Below, in pieces: positions 37,201-46,976 of a stretch of DNA of 64,000 nucleotides (positions are counted from its first letter, which is position 1; each line of letters starts with the position of its first letter). A program made the translations under genes and the position numbers. Location of the stretch: assembly GCA_000708835.1 (NCBI GenBank), contig DF237064.1:62001-126000 (forward strand), read 5' to 3'. The notes beneath the pieces were generated by a model, which searched no databases, was not told the origin of the DNA, and saw only the letters and a list, made by a program, of their open reading frames with translations. The DNA comes from Klebsormidium nitens (Eukaryota > Plantae > Klebsormidiophyceae).

Positions 37201-39169
37201 GCCTGACAAGGACTCTTTTTCATTGCCTCGCCACTCTCTTCCAGTTTGCACGCGCCCAACCAGCGGCTGCGCGAGCAGATCATCCCCAGCGCGCGCTCGT
37301 ACCCCCTCAACGCGCTGCTGACCGACTGCCGCGAGTACTTCGCAAAGACGGGCCGGCGGGTCTCCTTCGAGTACACGCTCCTCGGTGAGCGCGTAGCTGT
37401 TTGACTACGTTGAAGGAAAGCTGCTTCCGAGAAGGAAGCAGGCTACCCGTTGACAGAAACTACGTTGAATTGGAACTAGTCCGAGCCGCGGTTTCTGATG
37501 AAGACGGCTACGACTTCGGATAAGCTATGTTTAACAAGGGTACACTGAATCTAGACATTTCCTGGGGGATTTGGGTTTCTGTTGGGGACAAGCAACGTCG
37601 GAATAGAGGTTTTGGGACAACCTTAAACGAAACGAAGAGCTACGAGATGAGATTGGGTACGTTGAGATCAGTGTTGCCTGGGGGATGGGAAGGTTGTGTT
37701 GGCCGTTTTGGATGGGTACGGGTATGTAGAGTGTCAGACCTGCGTTTGGTGCTCAGTCAGTGCCCTCTTCATGACCGATTTTAAACTCGAACATCTCACT
37801 GTAGGTTAGCATCTCAATCTGCTCCCGCCTGTCCGTTTGCAAGCTCGATCTGCCGTCGTTTGGTTCAATGCGCTAGTGTGTCGTGGCAAAAAATTCTTGC
37901 AATTTTCGTACTGACGTCGCCAGCGAACGTTTTGTGGCTTCTCATTATCTCGTGACGTGCTTTGGGATTGTTTCTCAAAAGGGCCGAATGTGCTTCCTTC
38001 TCGGCACCCGTACATTTCATTGTCAGAAGACTGCCCAAAATCTGAAAGGAGCAGTGCTTTCTAGACCGATCAATTGACGTTTTCCAACATCCACAGCTTC
38101 TGGAATCCTTCGACCAACTCGCATCGTTGCTCTCTACAGCTGGCGTCAATGATTCGTATCACGACGCCAAGGAACTAGCTGGGTTGCTGTACCAGTGGAA
38201 GCTGGCGCATCACGTAAACGTCATCCCGTACAACCCGGTAGAGGACTCGGAGTTCAAGCGACCCGACAGATCGGCGGTAAGGGCTTTCGCTTGTGATTCT
38301 GATTGTCAACTTGGAAGGGCTTCCAAGTTGAGGGGATTGAGGGGTTTCCGGGATTCCACCTTACAGCGTTCCAGAGTGTGGAGGGTTGTGAGTACCTATT
38401 TGAGGGTCCCAGGATTGATACTTCTTAGCTTTTCTTTTATGGCTAAGAAAGGGAGCACTGAATATATAAGGATGTTTGAGACGAGCCGGAAACGGACTCG
38501 CGCAGATCCGATGACTCGTCACAATTGCGGTGTGTGCCCAGAGGTAGAAGATCCTTCTGGTATACGCTTACAGAGCCTTCTGTCAATGTCCCCTGGGCTT
38601 GGTCGATGGTGATGCACAGGCGAACGAGCAATCTGGAAAAGAGACGCCCGATTCTGATGAAGGAGTGCTTCAGATTGACTTCTTTAGCGTAACAAAGTCT
38701 GAGGATGTCGATCAAACTCTCTGTTCTGACCAAACTATCTAGCTTCTAAGGGACCTGGCAGATTTACGAGGCCTGGTGTTGAACGGGGTCTTTTCATCTC
38801 CGCAGATTTAAACTCTCGTGGAAATCTGACGAAGCACAAGTTCATACCCCCTGTTTTAACCGTTAAATTTGGTAGGATCTGGCGAATTTGTCAAGCCCGG
38901 TGTTGAGCGGGTTTTCCGTTCCGCCGGTCCAAAATCGAAATCTCTGACGTAGGAAATTGTCGAGCCTAAGTTTTGACGGAGTGTTCCCATCGTCACAGGT
39001 CCAAACTTTCGTGGAAACTCTGACGAAGCACAAGCTGACGGCCAGCATCCGCCGAACGCGGGGCTTGGAAGCGAATGCGGCGTGTGGGCAGCTCCGCAAC
39101 GCGTTCCAGAAGACGCCCTTGGATGTGGCGAGTTTGGAGCAGGGCCAGCCTTTAGCTGTGGGCGCATAG
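31297..39169 (+). CDS. rlmN: RlmN-type radical SAM RNA methyltransferase, probably organellar; 10 exons (31297-31724, 32099-32708, 33190-33265, 34229-34326, 34761-34898, 35585-35788, 36367-36470, 37245-37384, 38140-38276, 38999-39169), about 700 aa
   Basis: [18 protein letters not shown] (CxxxCxxC), [49 protein letters not shown] and [15 protein letters not shown]. Phases are consistent, including across the N gap, so no coding exon is needed inside it. The start could also be the ATG at 31339. Confidence 0.93.
33355..33923. other. Assembly gap (N run) inside RlmN intron 3
   Basis: N run. The 31-mer atgattcaaaagggggagttggctgcacccc is present on both flanks. Confidence 0.98.
36955..37185 (+). 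repeat. Decayed copies of the RlmN exon 8 start in intron 7
   Basis: ttccactttgcacgcgcccaaccagcgggtgcgcgagcag (37133-37172) versus the real ttccag|tttgcacgcgcccaaccagcggctgcgcgagcag. A weaker copy, ttgcacgtcctcaccagcggc, lies near 36965. Confidence 0.85.
38775..38960 (+). repeat. Decayed copies of the RlmN last-exon start in intron 9
   Basis: cgcag|atttaaactctcgtggaaatctgacgaagcacaag and gccggtccaaaatcgaaatctctgacg versus the real cacag|gtccaaactttcgtggaaactctgacgaagcacaag. Confidence 0.8.
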
Positions 39170-40995
39170 GGGCGCGAGCGGCTAGGGCTCGGGAAGTATC
39201 GATAAGGGTTGCTCAAGCAGATTGTATCCCCTTTACGAATTTGTCGCAGGCTCTCCGTCTTGGGTCATTAACCGAAACGAGGATGATTACGGGTCTTACT
39301 CCAGGTTACTTCGCTACTTCCTGATATTATTTTCCTCGATGGCACTAGGTTCGAAAAGCTGATCTGAGCACTTGTAAGCTGACTCTGAGATAAAAGAACC
39401 ATCAAAGGCTAAGTTACGCTGCAGTTCTGAGCTGATCTGCCCAAAGCGATGTGCATGGGTTAGTCCTCGTTGCACAAATCAACGTAGCGCGACAATCGTT
39501 TGTTGTTGTTCATGTACGCAGGTATACCATGTTGGAATAGTATCTGGTCCGTTCGTGAGAAATTCATCGTGACCTGCATTGAATCAATCACCATCATCAG
39601 TGGCATGTGCCGCCACCGTAAGATCGTTGACAGGCTGGCCATCATCATTTGATGATTGAATGATTCTGCGCCGGCCGCTGCAGCACATCACAGCATTATC
39701 AAAGTAGCCATGGCAGGCTGGCCCGCGGCCGGCCTGGGTGTCGGGCCCTGCATTAAATGCACCCGGCCCTGGCATGCTCTAGCTGGCAAGTTGAAACCGC
39801 GTTGCAAGCGTATGTCAGGTACCGCACATTCATGCATGATGCTTCAACGCGTGATAATATACATACCACTGGCGGTGTTGGCGGCATGCTCAACCGCAGC
39901 TCTGGATTCAATCATTGATATTGTAGTCACCTAGTCGGGGCGATAAGATGTGTCGGGCCAATTCGGATGCAGTAATTTGGACGCCCGAGTAGCGTAGTAT
40001 CTTTTGAGTCCGGTGCAAACAAACATTATGTGCTATGCACACAACGCCATGATCGATCGAGTGGCACATCATGCTCAGTAGTTGAATTGCTTCTTAGCGT
40101 CCATGTAGCATTAGGGTTTGCATACCTTGCTGGACATGAATCGTAGCCATAGCAAGAAACAAATCCCCGGCCGCGCCGGAGACCGTGCTCCACGGCCATG
40201 GTGGCTAAGGGCGTTAATAAATTGGAAGTTACCATATTGGCATGTGGACGCAAGCTAGCTTCTTGATCGTCGGCGCGTCAAGTTGGCTGGTAGATCGGCA
40301 TTTGAGGTGTATATCGCATATTGAAATGTCGGGTTTGCCGCCGGCCGGACGTATGCACGAGGACTCGATCTGATAAACACACGCGGTCACTCGACGGAGC
40401 TGGGGCCTGAATTAAGATCATGTGATTCAAGAAGACTCCTGGAGCTGGAATCGCGACCAAGTGCTTCCGCTAATGACGTCTTCAAATTGTTTGAAGACAA
40501 CAGTTTGAAATCTAGCGTTACAATTGGCCGCACAATGTCGACTCAGCTCTGGTCATACAAAAGTCAATATGAGCTTCCAAATTGTCGGGGAGAAAATACT
40601 ATTACGCACTAAGCTTTTAGAAAATCCGCTGGCCAGGGAGCTTATACCAGCTTTGACAGCTGCATCTGGATCTACTCAAGTTCTCCAAACATTCTGTCTC
40701 GAGACCGGACCACGTTCGCAAAGAGGCACCCGAACATAAGTTACTCAGATCCACAACTTGAGTGCAAAAAGCCGTTTCAGCGTCCTCTTCCTTCTTCTAC
40801 GTAGTCACTACCACCAGGCGAGTGCCTTGCGCAACATCATGGAATTGTGTGCATACACCCGGGGTTCCGGTGGACGGAGCCTACGAGCAGGACGGAACGG
40901 CGCCGGAAGGGCCGCAACCGCCGGAGCAGCACGTAAAGATGGAGCCGTCCGCCGAGAAGCACTGCAGAAGAAACCCCGAAGGAAAAGAAACCTGG

Positions 40996-43900
40996 TTAGA
41001 CTCCGCCCTCTGTGTTGCTGTTTGCAGACAAGCTTGACTGCGACGATGCATCAAATGCGCCCTTAGCTTTTGTGGGCACCCCCTTTTTCGACTTCGATTC
41101 GATCTTTTTGACCTGGCGCAACTGACGCCTTGAGGGTTTTAACTCACGCCAGAAGCAGGGACATGGAAACATGGCGGGAAGAACAGTTAGAAGGATCGAC
41201 GGCGTCTGATGGGAAGGTGCTGGGCTATAGATTGATCGAGTCATAACAAGTGGAGGGGTCGCGACTTCAGTGATCGCTCGCAGTCGAGAAAGGGGAGACG
41301 CGAAGAGGAGATGAGCCAAAACGAAGGAATCCGCCGCAAAGTTGAGAAGAGTGGTGCACAACGGAACGCCAATTGAAGGAGCATTCATGAAATATGAGGT
41401 TGGAACAGGGACGAAACAGCGTAGGACAGGAATAGTACACGGGATACATAAAGTCTAGAAAATGAAAGACTTCAAATACAGTCGAAGTGACTTACGGCGT
41501 GCGGAGGAGAGATGCACGCAGGGCTCCCGGCTAGGAAGACCTGGCCGGGGGGGGCTGGGTAGAGGATTCAGCGTCAAAGATAAACAGGTCGGTGAAAACG
41601 AAAAAATTGGAGAGAAAAACAGAAGAGAAAAAAAAGCGCGTATACTCGACTTACGGCGTTGGGGGGGGAGGTGCATGTGGGGGTCCCGGCGGGGAAGACT
41701 TGGCCGGGGGGGTTGGGTAGAGAATCCAGCGTCGAAGATAAACAGGTCGGTGAAAACGGAAGAAATTGGAAAGAAAAAAAGAAGAGAAAGAAAAGCGCGC
41801 GTACACTCGACTTACGGCGTTAGGGGGGGAGGTGCATGTGGGGCTCCCGGCGGGGAAGACTTGGCCGGGGGGGCTGGGCAGAGAATCCAGCGTCTCGAAG
41901 ATAAACAGGTCGGAGGAAAAGAAGATTCACAACAAGCGACCCGTAAATGGGACTTACGGCGTTAGGGGGGGAGGTGCACGTGGGGCTCCCGGCGGGGAAG
42001 ACTGAGCCGGGGGGGCTGGGCAGAGAGTCCAGCGTCTCGAAGATAAACAGGTCGGTGGAAGCGCTGGAGGGGTCGGTGGGGTCTGCCGACTGGTACAACG
42101 CCCCGCGGGCGCCCACGAACTGCCCGGTGCCGCCGACGATGGCGAGGGGCAGGGACGACGAGAAGAGGACCAGAGCTGGAGGGGCAAGAGTGAAAAGTTA
42201 AGAGTTAGGACGATTCCGTGCGGGGGACCTAGGAATCTTTGGGTTCCGCCGACAATGGCTAGGGGCAGGGACGACGAGAAGAGGACCAAGGCTGGAGGGG
42301 TCAAAGGTATGGACTCCGGATGAGTTGTGCGACTTGCGACTAGCAGAAAGCACGAAGAGAAGAAGGAGAGGAAAAAGAAAGAAGAGGAAAAAGAGGATGC
42401 AACAAGAGCTCCCCGTTTCCTTTATCTCGTCCAATGGTGTTTGCGAGGGGCCCAGGAGGAGTTGACGATGCACCGCCGGAGACTGAGAGCTGAAGGTTCG
42501 GGCTAAGGTGAACTTGTGTTTCGCTGGCCCGAGCTTTTGCTTCCGAACTTTCCTAGACGAGGACGGCTTCTTACTGTATCAAAAGGAAATACAAGCTGGG
42601 TTAAAACGTGGATACGGTAACGTAATAGTGCTTACAGTAATCAGCACTGGGTCCGTTCTTCTTTTCTGATCATGCTACAGACGGTTGGCACTGTCAGTCT
42701 CGACTTTTGAGGTGGCTTCCCTTCTAGAGATCAGTCTGATAACCACCAGACTTCATTTGTCAACGTGGCTGGGCTTTTGTCAACGCTATCGGCGATGGCG
42801 CATGTCAAGAAGCACACGGCTTTATCTTGAGATTGGTCAAATTCCCACAGAGCAACTGAGCATGTTAATTTGCAAGGCAGCGCCATGCAAAGAAAACTCT
42901 CTGATCAACAGCGGCTGTGCGACTTCGGAGCCTCTTTGCTGGGGCTACCAATCAAAATTGTTGCCGACCTACACATATAAAATTACCTACTCCAATTGCA
43001 ACCACCAGCTAGGTACCAAAACGACTGGTCCCAAGCACTCGCTGATTAACCACAAGATCACGATTCCTTTCAGACCCCTTACCAAGTTGGTTCCATCTAA
43101 TCCTGATTATTTAATTCCAAAATCTCAGATTCCTCTTGAAGTTCTGCAGAAGGTTCTACAACCAAAACGGCGCCACTTGACACCAGCCCAGAGAGAGGTC
43201 GCTCATCACTCAGCGCCTCACCTGACTGAGTCAAGGAGCTCCCAGCATACTCCCCCACAGTGAAATAGGCGGTCTGGGTGCACTCGTAGTAGTTCTCCTC
43301 GATGTTGTCAGCCTCAGACGGAATGGCTCCGGTTAGGCAAAACCCAGTGACAGACCCGATAACCTCGCCGTCAAAACCCCCTACTTTGAGGTCGTTGTTG
43401 AAGGCAAAGTTGCCCCCCACTTCGGTAGGGGAGCCGGTTGTGTGACGGGCGCCGTCAGGAGAGAAAATCTCAGTGAACCTGCAGGGTTTGGAGAGGGTAA
43501 GGAGGTGGTATTCGAAGGGGTTTTGAGTATATGAGTTGGCCTGTTTCCAAGGGTCCGAGAGACAGATTAGTGGAACCAGGTTAAGGCAAAGTGCCTGTAT
43601 TGACGGGGAAGTGGGATCTGAGCTAAACAGCTTTAGGTCTTGGTCACCTTGGCTTCGTAATTGTGGAAGTCAATTCTTGAAACTTTTGTTGGATTTGTCA
43701 TTGCATCATGTGGGGTTTTGTTGTCATGATAATATTCTCTTAACATGACCCATCTCAAAGAATGAAAAGAGCTTTTCAAGAACAACCCTCAAGCACACGC
43801 GAAAGGGAGAAAACTAGACAGAGAGGGGTGCTGGGCTTTTTGTTTCGGTTGCAATGCTGGACTGGAGAAATGAGATTGATCCTCAAAGGTCTCTGCATTG

Positions 43901-45152
43901 TAGCTGCCCCACAACCAGGGAATAAAACAATGAAGATAGGGAATGGAACGATCCCACATGTTGAATGGAATACAATCCAGCCCATACCCCGCTGACTAAA
44001 TGTAGCAGCATATTGACTGTACCACTTGGAGAAAGACATTCTCAAGTCTGTGTGAAAGGCAAACAATCGTTTTCGCAACAGTTCAGCTGCCAATGGTGAG
44101 GCAGTTTAAGCATAGGACTGAGATCTGGTCAGATGAAGGGAACTTTACATAGAAGGAGGGACAAAAGGTTGCGCCTATGAGAAGGAAATCAATAAACTGG
44201 GACAGCATCCACTCTCTGCCTGGGATCAAGCCGCCGTCTGCAATGCCAGCTGATTCCTACGTCTGTCACACAGATTCACCGGCATTCAGAGAAGATAAGC
44301 AGCACAACACAGGGAGATAGTTTTGTCAAGCGGTCAAGCTCCCAAGAAACTTTAGAGCGGATGCAAAGCAGCAACTCGCTGCCGACAAGCATAATGCTCT
44401 CCCCAAGTGACCAGATGCCATGTCTTACTGAATTGTAGGAAGCAAGCGGGACTCTCAATGCCACAGTCACTTGGACCTAAGCTACAGGACGCCAACTTTC
44501 CCCGCTCTGTTAGATTCTTGTGTTTGAGCAGACCATAAACATTCTTGACCGCTTGAAGCATGATACCCCTTTTCTTGACCACTATAAAATCAACGCAGGG
44601 TTGAAACTGAAAAGAAAGCCCATCTCAAAGAAGAAGTGGGAGCGGAAGCTCCAGGATAAAACCAAGCTGCTCTAAATGACCCAAGCTGCTCTCATTGACC
44701 TTGGGTCTTTTATTGCTAGTCTGTAATATGCATAAAGAAGGTTGTGTGAAGCAGAAGGCAGCATTTGTTGAAAGGGTTGGCCCAGCATTGACCAAGTAAG
44801 AAGAAGGGTGTGCCTGAAAGATGGATTTGTTTGCAAAATGCAAGCCGCCCCAGCATTGCTAAGCGACAATTTGCAACAAAGGCAAGCACAAAAGGCAAAC
44901 GGACAGTCAAAAAGAAGGGTCAGCGTCTATGGGACCCTAACAATGAAGAGCACAGAGCAATGCAGAGTACTCAACTGCCAGCTGGCGTCTGAGCAATCCC
45001 TCTATTTCCAGTGATTGGGTCACTTCAACAGTTTACCTGCTATTAGAAGACTGTGCAAGAAGAGATACTCACGAGAGAGCATACTGCTTGGCAGACACGG
45101 CACCCAACAGCAGAGTGCACGCCAGCACAGCCGACAAGAACCGCCCCGCCAT
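40996..45152 (-). CDS. Secreted dirigent-like / allene-oxide-cyclase-barrel-like protein; 4 exons (45152-45073, 43478-43222, 42175-41958, 41112-40996), about 223 aa
   Basis: Signal peptide MAGRFLSAVLACTLLLGAVSA. Dirigent-type motifs: GGNFAFNNDL, VIGSVTGFC, GEYAGSSLT, LAIVGGTGQFVGARG. Donors gtgagt/gtgagg/gtaagt and acceptors are in phase. The last exon is the least certain. Confidence 0.75.
41488..41935 (-). repeat. Three tandem copies (about 142-161 bp period) of the dirigent-like exon 3 end plus donor
   Basis: The plus-strand block gacttacggcgt...ggggaagac...ccggggggg...cgaagataaacaggtcgg is repeated, with donor positions at 41957 (real), 41815, 41654 and 41495. Confidence 0.92.
42229..42300 (-). 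repeat. Upstream copy of the dirigent-like exon 3 acceptor plus first 17 codons
   Basis: cccctccag|CC TTG GTC CTC TTC TCG TCG TCC CTG CCC CTA GCC ATT GTC GGC GGA ACC versus the real cccctccag|CT CTG GTC CTC TTC TCG TCG TCC CTG CCC CTC GCC ATC GTC GGC GGC ACC, 116 bp apart. Confidence 0.92.
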
Positions 45153-46976
45153 GGCTTTCCTCTTCACTGGACTTCTGAGCTGAAAATTCGTTTCTTGGAA
45201 GGCAGCTGCGGAAACTGTAAAGGACAAGAACCAACTTGTCGCTGTAAGGCTGCTCCCTGAAAAGGATTGGGTGGGTTTGAAAGTGATTTCGGATGAGCCA
45301 CTTTAGTCCTCGAGCCCTCAGTGACTCAAATTGGCACTCGATTGCATTGACCTGCTGCGTTGAAGCAGCCAGCCGAATGAGAGTGCCGTTGGAGCTGGCA
45401 GGTGCTTCGGACTGATCAAACTTTTACGTACGTGGTAGGAAGTACCGTACCTAGGTGCCTTATAAGCTTCAAAGCTCACCAAACATTAATCTAGTTTCGA
45501 TATCATAAAAGTACGTGGCACTCGGGATCTGATCCCGGCACACTGTTGCGGGGAACTTGGGAAATCGGCTGGCCGGACTCGGGAGTCTGGAGTGCCTTCA
45601 GGAGTCAGTGAGAGCACTGTGCAGTGTGCAGTGCTTGCAGATCGCTTGCCGGTAGGTACCGTATGTGCCTTTCCAGTATTCAAAGCTTGCAGCAGTGGCA
45701 CAGGATTGATCAGCCCAACTTAATGCACAATTTCGGACACATAGGGGCCGTTAAAATACTTAAAATAATCTCGGAAGAGGTCTTGGTTTCGACGCGGTGG
45801 TGCCAAACACGCCGTATTACAGTCCCTGAAGTTGGAAACCGCCCATGAAGCAACTGAGAGGTTCGACAGTCTACCTATCCGTCGAAAAGCACGAAGGGAG
45901 TCGGTTGCAACTCGACTCACGCGGTACGCTATCTGACCCGGACCTGACGTCGGGGGAGCTTCGGGGCTCCCCTTGCCGCCGGCGCAAATGATTGCTTAGT
46001 AACGCTGTCAAGGTCGGCTCGCTCAAGGGCCTCGTGTGATTGGCCGTTGGGCCAGCCTTTCGTACGGCTTACCGTACGGAAAAACGTTGACGGCATCGTA
46101 CGCGTACGACCGGTAAAAAGTGAAACGTTGCCGATCCCTCCGTGCGTGCTCTGGCCACCGTCCGATGATGTTTTCAGATCGCATTTCGGCAATCAGATGG
46201 CAGGAAAACACAAAATGGGCTTCGTAGGTTCAGGACGTCTGTACTGCTGAACGTTTTGGTTTCCAACTTAGCAACCTAGTGTACCTACCGTACCTATTCC
46301 GTTGCAAGAGGTAGCGACATGTACGTGGGGGACATGCATGTGTCACGGTACTGAGCATCCCCAGGCCTCACATTGTTCCTTCGGACGTGATGCTGCAGCT
46401 ACATACCTAGTTGCGGTTTTAATAGGCTTTTAGCCTTAGTTAGGTAGTTGACCTCCTTGAAAGCCCACCAGTTGCAGTGTAAATAAAACTAATGAGGATT
46501 CTCAGGCTCGATTTTAAAGTGACGTCGTGTTTGCATTTTTGCGGTGAAGCACGTCTTCAATGCCGTGGACTCAGCGCCTTCTGCGTATGAACTGAACTCG
46601 GCGCCTTCTGCGTATGAAAGCGGGACCGTTAGTAAGCTGTGCCAGGATCTTCTCTCAATAGCTGGAAGCATACACGACTGTTTCGTCCTTTACATGCAAC
46701 AGGCTGGTTGTGAAATGTGCCATTTAGCTGCTTGCAGTGACTCGAAAGGCTCCTTCGTGAGCCTCAAGCTGAGGAAGCAATGTAGGCAGATCACAGATCA
46801 GCATCCATTTTTTGGAAGATCCGATAAAAGAATGTGGAGGTGCAACAATTCACGGGTCCTTTACAACACTTTTACACACTGACCAGCTCCTGGCAACCTC
46901 GTAGCGTTTCCAGTGGTCCCTGAGTAGTGCCAAACATTGATGTTCTTGTAAGACGGCAACGATCAGAGAAGCAAGC

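Noticed and set aside
39400-40500. Short ORF fragments between RlmN and the dirigent-like gene
   Set aside because: I could not build a spliced model or recognise a domain in any frame.
7315-45152. GT61, 2OG oxygenase, GNAT and dirigent-like genes as a biosynthetic gene cluster
   Set aside because: They are interspersed with housekeeping genes (VPS24, RlmN, F-box) over about 38 kb, with no scaffold-forming enzyme or shared regulatory evidence.
46565-46620. 27-bp tandem duplication (actc.gcgccttctgcgtatgaa)
   Set aside because: An ordinary two-copy intergenic duplication.
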